Shown: positions 43,047-55,885 of the stretch, one piece after another
How positions within the stretch are numbered: position 1 is the first letter of the stretch
How the letters are laid out: each line of letters opens with the position of its first letter
Origin: Octopus vulgaris
Taxonomy: Eukaryota
Assembly (NCBI GenBank): GCA_951406725.2
Contig: OX597839.1
Location: forward strand, 26,908,001-26,972,000
DNA length: 64,000 nucleotides
Direction of reading: 5' to 3'
Translations under genes and position numbers: made by a program
The notes under the pieces: generated by a model
What the model saw: only the letters and a program-made list of their open reading frames with translations
What the model was told of the DNA's origin: nothing
The model's database searches: none

Positions 43047-44273
43047 ATATATATATATATACATACATACATACATACATGTATGTATGTATGTATTTGT
43101 GTGTCTGTGTTTGTCCCCCTCACCATCATTTGATAACTGATGTTGGTGTGCTTACGTCTCCGTAACTTAACAGTTCGGCAAACAGCACCGATAGAATAAA
43201 TATCAAAGTATTCTTACAAAGAATAAGTCTCGGAGACGATTTATTTGACTAAAGGCGGTGCTCCAGCATGGCTGCAGTCAAATGACTGAAACGAGTAAAA
43301 AAATATTTATGAGTGTGAGTGTGTGTGTGTTTGTGTTTGTTCCCCGCCATCACTCGACAACCTCTGTGGATGTGTTTAGGCCCCCGTAACTTAGCGGCTC
43401 AGCAAAAGAGCCCGATAGAATAAGTATATCAGGCTTTAAAAGAAAATAAGCACCAGGGCTGGTTAGTTGGAGTAAAATTCTTCAAGGCGGTGCCCCAGCA
43501 TGGCCGCAGTCTAACTACAGACACAAATCAAAAATAGGATAATGAAGAATCGTGGCGTTGGCTCAATTGCTCGGGAGCAGTATGATTCAGAAATTCGAAT
43601 TTAAGCTAACTGTTTCCAAGTTCGATTCCACCAAACGGTACCTTGTTTAATTTCCTACTGTTCATGTCTCGTTGAGTGAAAGTTGGGATCTTTTCGGTTT
43701 GACCGGCAGTTTTTTCTAGCGGTGTCATGAAATCACCGTGACCACCCCGTGACTACAACCACCACCATTACCATCACCTCCACCGTCACTACCACCACCA
43801 TTATCCCCACCATCATCATCCCCTTCACCGTCATCCCCAACACCACCATTGCCACCACCACCACCACCACCACCACCACCGCCACCGTCGCCGCCATCAC
43901 CATCACCAACACCACCACTATCGCCAACGCCGCCACCATCTATGGCAGTAACTTGACGCCAGTGACCTTTCCCAACTTAAAGGTCGGTAAGGAAAGCTGA
44001 CAGCCATCTTGTTTTAACTTCTCCCCATAAAATGGATGATTTAAACTTAAAACATCTCTTGTATGGCAACATCGAGAGTCAGCTTCTTTGAGTTTGACAC
44101 ACAGACACACGTATACATATACACACACATATATACATATACATTCTTGACGTATATAGATAGCTAGAGAGATAGACAGAGAGAGAGAGATACATAGATA
44201 GATATATATATAGAGAGAGAGAGCGCGAGAGAGAAAGATAGAAAGATAGATGGATGGATGGATGGATGAATAT

Positions 44274-44306
<33 letters not shown>

Positions 44307-44331
44307 TAGAGAGAGAGAAAGATAGATAGAC

Positions 44332-44378
<47 letters not shown>

Positions 44379-44485
44379 GAGATAGAGAGAGAGAGAAAGA
44401 TAGATAGACAGATAGATAGACAGATAGATAGATAGATAGATAGATAGATTGATAGAGAGATAGAGAGAGAGAAAGATAGATAGAC

Positions 44486-44587
<102 letters not shown>

Positions 44588-44816
44588 GGATGGGTAGATA
44601 GATAGATATACATACACATAAATGTGCATATTTATAAATACAATTATATATATAAACACATACATGCACGCTCACACACATATATTACATATATATATAC
44701 CCATAATTATATATATTAGATACCCTTAATTATAATTTTAATAATAATTATTACCTATGAGGTTTTTATTTCCATGCTGGCCACCTGATATGATCGGTAT
44801 TTTAAATAACGTTCTT

Positions 44817-44878
<62 letters not shown>

Positions 44879-45115
44879 ACAAGATATGCATATACACACA
44901 CATTATATGTATATGCATTCATGTATACATGAATATATAAAGACACGTATAAATAGACACACCCACAAACATACGCACATACACAAATACGCATACGTGC
45001 ACGCACATACATACACATACATACACATATATATATGCATATATACAACGTATGCATACATAAATGCATTCATTTATATGTATGTGTGTAGTGTATATAT
45101 ATGTGTGTGTGTTTA

Positions 45116-45154
<39 letters not shown>

Positions 45155-45276
45155 TTAGACGAACATTTAACGCTGAAGGTCAGGTACATAAAACAAAATG
45201 GAAACTCAAGACATTTCGTTCTTGTTTTGTATTTTTTTCCGGAAGGCCACAAAAACGCGAATTTTCGTGCGTCAAG

Positions 45277-45335
<59 letters not shown>

Positions 45336-45793
45336 GTATCGTTGAGGCTACCGTATAGTAATGCCCCCACAACATCAGCGTATTCCAGTATATTTCTGGT
45401 ACTACTAGCCTCGTTAATCCTGCGAGGATTGTCTTCCAAAAAATTACACGGTGGTAAATAAACCCGTGATAAATGAATCATCTATGCGCACTTTGTCAAT
45501 GGGACGAAAGTCAAATTCCTTGACACCAAAACTCGAGGCCCAAAGCCTCAAAGCTTCCCCTGTTACATATTTTCTTCACTTATCTGCGTCGTTTGTCAGG
45601 ATATAGTACCTTCATGTATTTTTTTTTCACTGATCCCTTTTCGATGGATATATAAATCCGTATTAAAATTAATCAGCCTTGCAGCTTTGTCGTGTAAACA
45701 CAAGCGATAGTCAGTACATTGTGGGTAGCTGAGCATTGTGAGTGCTCGCTGGTGGGTGAGTGTGCGTCACACAAGCAGAATTATCGACTAATG

Positions 45794-46291
45794 GGCGACC
45801 CGTGTTATAACAAATCAGTCCGTGTTAAACGTAACATGGTTCACAACTGAGTGTACTGTGTTACTCCAGATCAGTGATAAATGAATCCGTGATAAACGAG
45901 AATAGGCGTATGGATAGAAATCAATGAAGCATTCTCTATGTGTTTATCAAGATAGAATAGGCGACCCGTGTTATAACAAATCAGTCCGTGTTAAACGTAA
46001 CATGGTTCACAACTGAGTGTACTGTGTTACTCCAGATCAGTGATAAATGAATCCGTGATAAACGAGAATAGGCGTATGGATAGAAATCAATGAAGCATTC
46101 TCTATGTGTTTATCAAGATAGAATAGGCGACCCGTGTTATAACAAATCAGTCCGTGTTAAACGTAACATGGTTCACAACTGAGTGTACTGTGTTACTCCA
46201 GATCAGTGATAAATGAATCCGTGATAAACGAGAATAGGCGTATGGATAGAAATCAATGAAGCGTTCTCTATGTGTTTATCAAGATAGAATA
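45794..46291. repeat. 166-bp tandem repeat x3
   Basis: Units start at 45794, 45960 and 46126; only one substitution seen (third unit). Confidence 0.95.
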
Positions 46292-46593
46292 AGGAGAAGA
46301 CGAAACGAGGGTGAGGGAGTGAGTGGGGGAAGGGGGCCAATCAAAGAGGAAATGAGAAGGGATCAAAATTTTGTGTGTTTGAATGTGTGTGCGCGTGTGT
46401 GACGATACAAGGTGGCGCTAAAAAGTCCCAAGCTTAACGGTATCGCGGAAGTATATATATATATACACACACCAAATCACCTCACAAGGCTTTGGTCGGC
46501 CCGAGGCTATAGTAGAAGACACTTGCCCGAGTAACTGAACCGGGAACCCCGTGATTGGAAAGCAAGCTTCTTACGACACGTCCACGCCTACGC

Positions 46594-47049
<456 letters not shown>

Positions 47050-47116
47050 AAGGGAAAGTTTACGAAATTAAACAAAAAACGAATGTATTAGTATAGCGCT
47101 CAGGAATAGAAAAAAA

Positions 47117-47154
47117 TCTTTTACGTTTCGAGCCTACGCTCTTTGACAGAAAGA
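47117..47154 (-). ncRNA. Variant minimal hammerhead-like motif
   Basis: UCUUU-CUGUCAAA-GAGC-guag-GCUC-GAAA-CG-UA-AAAGA: all three stems are present, but the CUGANGA box is non-canonical. Confidence 0.45.
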
Positions 47155-48193
47155 TACACAGAAAAAAAAACAAGGAGACTAACAAGGAGAGAGAAAAGGG
47201 AGAGGAAAAAAAGAGAGGGAAAAAAAAGAGAGACAAAAAAGGGAGAAAAAAACAATATATATATATATGTTGTCTGGGGAGAATCATTCTCTTTTAGTGT
47301 TTTATTATCTAACACACTCACCGGTTAAGTTTCCATTCGTTTACTTATGTGTGTATACGCACACACACATACACACACACATACACACACATACACACAC
47401 ATACACCCACAGACACACACACACATACACACACACATACACACACATACACACACATACACCCACAGACACACACACGCATACACACACGCATACACAC
47501 ACATACACACACACATACACACACACACATACACACACATACACACACAGACACACACACACATACATACACACATACACACACACACATACACACACAC
47601 TTCTGCCCATATGTTTATAAACAGGAATAAACATTTATCTTCTCGGTTATCGTTCCAATTTTAGTGTCTGGGGTCTTCCTGGCGAAACGATGCAAACACC
47701 ACGAGAAAAAGGGGCCACGCACACATGACGCATATACATACCCATACATACATACATACATACATACATACATACATACATACATACATACAAACATACA
47801 CATACATACACACACATACACACATACATACATACACACACACACACATACATACATACATACATACATACACACACATACACATACATACATACACACA
47901 CACACACATACATACATACACACATACATACATACATACATACATACATACATACATACATACATACATACATACATACATACATACATACATACATACA
48001 CACATACATACATACATACATACATATAACATTATATATTTATACATCTAACGGCGGTGCATCAGTACAGCCGCAGCTCTGAGCTGAAACCACAGGAAAA
48101 AATATAAATATATATATTGCAAACCAAATCCAAAAACGAAATATATATATGTACGTATACATACATACACATATATATATATATAAATACAGG

Positions 48194-48317
<124 letters not shown>

Positions 48318-49031
48318 TATATATATACATATATATACATATATATATACATATATATGTATATATATAAGAAATACTAAATTTCTAAATCTCTCGTAGA
48401 GACATGTACGGTGGTGGGGCGATAGAATGGTTGTATACTGTCAATCTAACACGAACGTGACAGTAGGGGGTACACCACCGCTGTATAGCCCTAGGAAGCA
48501 TCGACGCCTCCTGATGGCTTTGACACATTTTTCCCTGTGTCCTTATATACATGTATTGACAGTATACAACCATTCTCTCTATATATACATATATATATAC
48601 ATACATTATATATATATATATATATATAAACGCGCGCGCACACCTATTTATATATAGAGGGGGGATGGAGAGAGAGAGAAAGAAAGAGAGATAGACAGAC
48701 AGACAGATAGACAAACAGACGAACGTATTTTGAGGATTAGCGAAAGGAGGGAGGAAGGGGAGGCGAAAACCGAAAGGGCAGCAGCGGGAGGATGAAGAGG
48801 ATGGAGGGCAGGGGAAGGTAAAACTATAATGTTTCACGGAAGATTTTGGTTAAATTTTGGTTCTTTTTTTTTCTTTCTTGTTTTGTTTTGTTATTGTTTT
48901 TGATTCTTTGTATGTTTTTTTTCATGTTTTTGTTTGTTTTTTTATTGTTATTAATTTTTTTATTCTTTCCTAAAGATCTCGTTTCTCTCTCTCTCTTTGT
49001 CTCTCTCTTTATCTCTCTCTCTCTCTCTTTG

Positions 49032-49144
<113 letters not shown>

Positions 49145-49271
49145 TCTCTTTCTCTCTTTCTCAAACAATTATAACAACTGCTTTTATCAGCTTGGCCGTA
49201 TTTTTTTTCAGAGAATAAACACACACACACACATACACACACATATACATTCACTTGCACACGCACACTCG

Positions 49272-49302
<31 letters not shown>

Positions 49303-49376
49303 ATTTCCTGAGCGCCTATTAATAATAATACTGTAATTGTTCCATTGTTGTTGTTTTTTTGTTTCCCGTTTGGATT

Positions 49377-49434
<58 letters not shown>

Positions 49435-49496
49435 ATGAAACGGTAAGATAACAAAAGAAAGAAAGAGACCTCAATATTATGTAAATAGAGGAAATT

Positions 49497-49650
49497 TATC
49501 TATACAATATGTTACATTACTCGGTAGTCAAGATAAAACTCTGAGTTTCAGATGCCGAAGTGGAAATCCACAATGGTGTTGTGGATTTCCACTTCGGCAT
49601 CTGAAACTCAGAGTTTTATCTTGACTACCGAGTAATGTAACATATTGTAT

Positions 49651-49655
<5 letters not shown>
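49497..49655. repeat. Perfect inverted repeat (77-bp arms, 5-nt spacer), PLE-like fold-back
   Basis: Arms 49497-49573 and 49579-49655 within a module (about 49432-49655) between (TA)n tracts. Confidence 0.9.
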
Positions 49656-49701
<46 letters not shown>

Positions 49702-50602
49702 TAATAAATAAAACATATGCATATATATATACATACACACACACACATACGCACGAACACACATCCACGTATATATACGAGTATATACTCATACACACAC
49801 ACCTGCACACAGATACACATACACATACAATTACCCATACACTCAAAAATACCAACACACACACACACACACACACACACATGAACACCACTTTTAGTCG
49901 AACAAAGGACTTATTCTTTGTAAGCCTAGTACTTAATCTATCGTTTACTTTTGCCGAACCGCTACTTTACGGGGACGTAAACACACCAGCATCGGTTGTG
50001 AAGCGATACTATTATGTATATACACTTCATATAACCATATACATTATATACGAACACATACACACATGTGTATACATTATATATGTGTGTGTGTGTATTG
50101 TGTGTGTGTGCGTGTGTGTGTGTGTGTGTGTACGAAGGCGGCGTGTTATTTCGTTTGCCTTTACGTTCTGAGTTCAAATTCTGCCGAGTTCGATTTTGCC
50201 TTTTATCCTTTCGGGGTCGATAAATTTAGTACCAGTTGTGTACCGAGGTCGATCTTAGTGACTGACTCCTCCCTCCCCCCAAAAAATTCGAGCTTTGTGC
50301 CTAGAATAGAAAAGAATATATGTGAATATGTGTGTGTGTGTGTGTGTGTGTGCATGAATATATATTCATATACAATTACGCATATACACTTTATACACTC
50401 GTATACAATTATATTCGTATATACACACACATATATATACATATATACACATATACGACGGGCTTCTTTCAGTTTCCGTCAACCAATTGCACTCACAAGG
50501 CTTTGGTTGGCCCGAGGCTATAGTAGAACTAGGTGCCACGCAGTGGGACTGAACCCGAAACCATGTGGTTCGTAAGCAAGCTACTAACCACACAACCACT
50601 CC

Positions 50603-50634
<32 letters not shown>

Positions 50635-51081
50635 ATTATGTATATACACTATATAAATTCGCATACTTTAGATACGTTTCTATAGACTCACGGCTATGTG
50701 TACGTGTGTGTTTCAATACGTGTGTGTGTGTGTGCACGAATGTATATTTATAAACAATTATGTATATACCCTATAAGTACACATACATAATACACATCTA
50801 TATACACTCACGTGTATGCATACATGTATGTTTCACCATGCGTGCGTTCGTGCGTTCGTGCGAGGGTGTTTATTCAAAGTAACCATGACATTTCTCAGGG
50901 CTGCTGTAATTGCTGTCAGGATCGGTGGATTGAAGGGACCAAAATTATCCCCAGACAGGAAGTCTGAACCTACAAATATTTACAAACGAAAGGACCCCGC
51001 CCCCTACTCACCATTAAATTTACCCCTGCACCAAGTCACCTTCCACAGCCGTCCCCTCCAATTTTCCATGAGCCAACTTTT

Positions 51082-51499
51082 GGACCTTTTCGGTTTGAAC
51101 GGCAGTTTTTTTAAATAATTTCCACGTAACTAAACACTTTTAAACTTCGTATACTGGTAGAATGTCTTTACAAAACATCTTTTTCTCTTGGCTTTATTGA
51201 GAAAATTCTATAGTTTGTAAGATATTTGTTGTTTTTTCTTCAATTTCTGCAATTTAAACCAATCAATGACGTCCATTGAGGTGAAAACATTCTGTGCCGT
51301 ATGAATACGTCCCTAATATAAGAAACAGATTGGGTTTATTTACATTTCTGAAGAAAAAAAGATACCCTCCCCCCACTAACCCTAACCCTAACCCTAAAAC
51401 AGATTGAAATGCAATAGATCGATACTAGGGCCATAGTTATGGGTGACAATTTCATATGACACCGCTAGAAAAAAACTGTCGTTCAAACCGAAAATATCC
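51082..51499 (+). mobile_element. TIR MITE carrying internal (CCCTAA)n
   Basis: About 29-bp TIR GGATCTTTTCGGTTTGAACGGCAGTTTTT; second copy at 54090-54500; solo end at 43686-43737. Confidence 0.85.
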
Positions 51500-52413
51500 A
51501 ACTATACTGGTATATTCACTACTTATAGAAAAATACTGCTAAGATTATAATTTTATTAATATATAATTAGCATGTTCCTTTACCTCAATACTCCTTTATT
51601 AATACCAGTATATACCAATTAATCAATATTCACAGATACCATCTGATGAGTTAGTATTTAAGTGTAAAATATGTATAAATATTAAACTATTTCTGAATAA
51701 TTTCTTTTCCTCTCTCTATTGTGGTATAAGTTTGGTATATGCTCAAAAGTATTCATACATTTCTATCCTTTTGTTATAATATCCTTCTTAATAATCCTTT
51801 TGAATAACCCTAAACATTAACTGTATACATTGTTTAAAATATTTAACTATAGTACTACATGATAAGACTTCCCCTTCATTATCAATGGTCTGCTAGTGGG
51901 CGGCCCTCTTAATTATCAGCTAACATCTTGTTTTAAGCTTCCCTTTACCAAACCTCATGTTATTGCTTCTAATAAATCTTGATTTTTATGGCTATACCAA
52001 CTATGATGTCTGTCTGCTCCCTCAGCCCTACCCCTAACAGATACTGCCCTCCGTTCTCTCAGCCTAAGATATACAAGGTATTTGATAAACTAGTCTATAA
52101 ATTAAAACTGACCCCATAAAAAAACCCATCAGTGACAGAGTCTATAACAATGTATATCTTCTTGAAAATTCAGTAACATTTAAACTGGAGTGAGACAGCT
52201 TGTTCTTTGTCTATCTCCTTAAATTCTTAGAGATCTTAGGTATAATAATGCTACTGTGTCCATCTGTTCTAATTTAATTAATTTCTATACCTTTGTGCAG
52301 CTGAAGATTGCTCTGCATTTTAAATTGATGTAATGATTGCATTGTTCAATCAAATGGAGTTGCATGAAACGATCGTACTGCATTACCTCTGGATATCCTT
52401 GTTGCTTATTTTG

Positions 52414-52467
<54 letters not shown>

Positions 52468-52533
52468 GGTCCCGGGTTTATTCGGGGTTAACCACAGTAA
52501 ATAAGGTACTCAATACATAGCAGAGTAAAATTA

Positions 52534-52659
52534 ATTTATTATATAGAAGGAGCTTCTACAGGACTAGAACTGTTTCATTCAAGAGAAATCTTCAGGAAGC
52601 TTCCTGAAGATTTCTCTTGAATGAAACAGTTCTAGTCCTGTAGAAGCTCCTTCTATATA

Positions 52660-52665
<6 letters not shown>
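52534..52665. repeat. Perfect 132-bp palindrome, PLE-like fold-back
   Basis: Centred on AAGCTT at 52597-52602 with no spacer; module about 52465-52665 between (TA)n tracts. Confidence 0.92.
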
Positions 52666-52709
<44 letters not shown>

Positions 52710-52861
52710 TGACATACTTTCATTCACCCTTTGAATTTGGTGGTACTGGTAATGGCTTACGCTCGCTCTGATACCACGAGTTGAGGTGATGTCTTCTAGT
52801 GCCTTCAAATTTAATACACAATTATTAATGATTGAGACGCAATTATTTATAATTGTAGAGT

Positions 52862-52952
52862 CCTACGCTGAGGAGGAAAATAGTTAGGTAAGACATAATT
52901 ATTTAATTTTTATGCTTTCCTATGGCTTAATTCCGAAACGTACGTCCGTAGG
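52862..52952 (+). ncRNA. Type I hammerhead ribozyme, intact
   Basis: Stem I CCUACG/CGUAGG, CUGAGGA (52868-52874), stem II GGAA/UUCC with a long AU-rich insert, GAAA (52935-52938), palindromic stem III ACGUACGU, cleavage after GUC (52946). Confidence 0.88.
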
Positions 52953-53276
52953 TGACTTAATGTAGAATGATTATCGTCATTTCTTTCTCTTTTGCCTGCG
53001 TTGTTTGCCTTTTAAGTGCTATGGTTTTACTGGGATCTCCCTTTTAAGTAGAAAGAATGGCCAAAACTCTTTTGACTGCTATTTCTAAATTCGGTGTGTA
53101 GTGAGGCAAATCGTTGCTAAACCCTTAATTACTTAGTATATATATATATATATTCAACAATATTAAGGAATGGCCTTGGTAGGCCATTCGACCCACTAGA
53201 AAGAGCAGCTAAACTCAAACCGCTAAATAGTTGTAATTCAGAAACCAAAGGAAAATAAAAACATTTACCCTTATCA

Positions 53277-53374
53277 TCTTTGGACTATGCATAGTTTCGA
53301 CATACATATTGGCAAACCGATTAAATTAAATTAAATTAAATCTATTTGCCACTGGCCTGTCTCGTCAGCAAAGA
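53277..53374 (-). ncRNA. Type I hammerhead ribozyme, intact
   Basis: Stem I UCUUUG/CAAAGA, CUGACGA (53368-53362), stem II GACA/UGUC extended by UGGCAAA/UUUGCCA, GAAA (53298-53295), palindromic stem III ACUAUGCAUAGU, cleavage after GUC (53283). Confidence 0.88.
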
Positions 53375-53554
53375 AGCCAGGGAAATATATATCCACGAGG
53401 CGACAGCATCGACGCCTTGAGAATATATATTCTAAATTTTCAAAATCTACCGTCACCGCGCCAACTTATCAGCAGCAAATATAAACTGCTGATTTAATTT
53501 CAGAATTAGCCAAAAAATCATTAATCAATCAATATCAGGGTAGCAAAAAATTCA

Positions 53555-53827
53555 AGCCCTTCTGGGTATTAGCGCGCGTCTACGATGAGTTTACGATTTA
53601 AAAAAAAATTACCATCAATTTTTCCCATTTTTAATGCATTTTTGGCATATATAAGGGAAGTAACTCTCTAAAAATGTATTATTAAATCTCAGAACGTAAA
53701 AAGCTACAGTAACCCTCCCCCCTTTGTGGTTAGCCATATTGAGATGGCTATTATACTTTACATCTCTAAAAATGCTTATATAGTTATTTCCCTTACAAAC
53801 CCGAGCAACGCCGGGCGATACTGCTAG
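53555..53827 (+). mobile_element. 5'-truncated Helitron, same family as 15522-15910
   Basis: Identical 3' end ..CCCGAGCAACGCCGGGCGATACTGCTAG|T. Confidence 0.85.
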
Positions 53828-53943
53828 TAGATGATAAAAATATAGAAATATAAGAATATAAACATAAAAAATATAAGGAGTACCATGAAGGTAGAAAATA
53901 TAGTTGGAATAGATTAAAGGAGACGATTGAAAGGATCAGTCCA

Positions 53944-53999
53944 AACCTTCGGCCGTTTCAGAAAACTCGCTGTATAAAAATATTTCCTTCCTCAAGGTT
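53944..53999 (-). ncRNA. Decayed hammerhead motif
   Basis: AACC-UUGAGGA-AGGAAA..UUUUCU-GAAA-CGGCCG-AA-GGUU: stems retained, two core substitutions. Confidence 0.45.
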
Positions 54000-54089
54000 C
54001 CTTTCCCGTGGTAAAAACCAGTAAGGCACTACATGGGAAATTTCAGTTGGTCTCTGAGAATCGTATGGATGAATAATAAAAAAAAATAT

Positions 54090-54500
54090 GGATCTTTTCG
54101 GTTTGAACGGCAGTTTTTAACATAATTTCTAGGTATCTAAAAATTTTAAACTTCGTATACTGGTAGAATGTGTTTATAGAACATCTTTTTCTCTTGGCTT
54201 TATTGAGAAAATTCTATGGTTTGTAAGATATTTGTTGTTTTTTTTCTTCAATTTCTGCAATTTTTACCAATCACTAGCGTGTATTGAGGTAAACAACATT
54301 CTGTGCCGTATGAATATGTCCCTCGTTTAAGAAACAGATTGGGTTTATTTACATTTGCGAAGAAAAAAAGATACCCTTCCGCCCACCCCTAACCCTAACC
54401 CTAACCCTAAAATGCAATAGATCGATACTAGGGTCATAATTATGGGTGACAATTTTATATAACCGCTAGAAAAAAACTGCCGGTCAAACCGAAAAGATCC
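54090..54500 (+). mobile_element. TIR MITE carrying internal (CCCTAA)n, copy 2
   Basis: Near-perfect TIRs; colinear with 51082-51499. Confidence 0.88.
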
Positions 54501-54558
54501 AAAAATATATATATATAAATGACAAAATAAAACCGGACGGACCAAAATATAAGAATAA

Positions 54559-55480
54559 ATTCTTTATTAGGCACTAAGGCCCGTCACACAAAGTGGACGG
54601 CACAAGGACAGACAGAACAATATAAGTGGGGACAAAAACATGAAACGGATGAAAGGTGAAATTATATAAAAATGAAGGTGAAACGGCCATTCGAACCCCA
54701 CTCCCCGGTGGTTACATTTATTTGTCTTTATTTTCAGTTTTTATCAAATTTTCATCATTAAAAATTTTACCTATTGTGTTTACTTCTTCAGCTATTGTAT
54801 TATCTCTTTGTAATCCACGACTGGAGGTAGGGTTTCGTATTCCACCTCCTCTCCTAACGGGTCAATTAGTGAACTAAACGCTTCTTTTCATTCCGTGTAT
54901 TTTTTTGTTCTCTGTCGATTAATATGCATTTGGTGTATTCCGGGTTCACCTCACTCTGATTACCGACTTAATCTTGGCAATAATGCGTTCGATTGCCCTG
55001 CATTTAGCGTATGTCATAATGTAAGCCTTGTGTTTTCGGGGGATTTTGTGGTTCTGTGTATTTTGTCTGCCTGCATTTAGGTCTGGATTACTACATAGGG
55101 TACTGGAATTAACCGGGGTGGTATCACTATTTTTGTGTGTTTCTACATGTGGTGTATGCTGTGTGAGTATGTCTAGTCTGTTAAATATTTGTGTGTTGTT
55201 TTTCTTTTTCTTTTCAGTAGTTTTCGGGGGTGACCCTGCAGTCACATCTCTCTTTCTTTTTGGAACTTCAATGAACCCTTCTCCGTTTGTGTCTTCCGTA
55301 TTTTCTTCCATGATTGGGGCTGTTGTCTCGGCACTTCTCTCTGGTTCACGTTGGTTTTTCACTTGTTTCATTATTTAGCTCGGGGCACTGTGCTTTCATG
55401 TGCCCCTTCACACCGCAGTCGTAGCAGATGGGTGGGCGACCCTCCACTACCACTCTTAATTTCTTAAGACTAATATCCGA
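54559..55480 (-). mobile_element. Non-LTR ORF1 (CCHC zinc knuckle) remnant running directly into a 3' tail
   Basis: LRVVVEGRPPICYDCGVKGHMKAQCP (knuckle 55385-55426), a frameshifted basic region (GFIEVPKRKR..KKKKNN), no RT seen, then a pyrimidine-rich tail ending AATAAAGAA. Confidence 0.7.
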
Positions 55481-55589
55481 AATTTTTATCTTACACCAAA
55501 TTTTATTAATCTTTAGCTCATATGCGAGCGAAAAAACAGTTGTACTATATACTGGAGCCTTATCCCCATTAAAATTCTCGTATATATAT

Positions 55590-55885
55590 AGGATGCTTAA
55601 AGAACGCTTAACACAGAACTCCATACTCGTAAACATGTACTCTCGCTATGTTGATGATATCAACATAGTGGTAAAAGCATCCCCACAAGAGAGTACTGTT
55701 GGTATAGTAATAGAAACTAATACTATGGAGAGCATCCTGAAAATAGCTAACTCCATCCACCAGAGTATTAAGGTCACAATAGACTTACCCCACTAAACAC
55801 CCCAACCATAGACTACCAGTACTAGACACTGAACTCTGGCTAGAAATTGTGAATAATAAAACCCAAATCCTTCATTCATACTATA
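55590..55885 (+). pseudogene. Penelope-like reverse transcriptase fragment
   Basis: MYSRYVDDINIVV...IANSIHQSIKVTID, then after a frameshift YPTKHPNHRLPVLDTELW: RT catalytic motif plus the PLE-type N.IH..IK.T..LP.LD motif. Confidence 0.8.

Noticed and set aside
45794-46291. CRISPR-like array
   Set aside because: The units are identical end to end, with no unique spacers or cas genes, in a eukaryotic context.
46405-46450. Mariner-like terminal repeat
   Set aside because: A single short degenerate end with no partner TIR.
51375-51397. Telomere or chromosome-fusion scar
   Set aside because: Only 3-4 units, at the same position inside both MITE copies.
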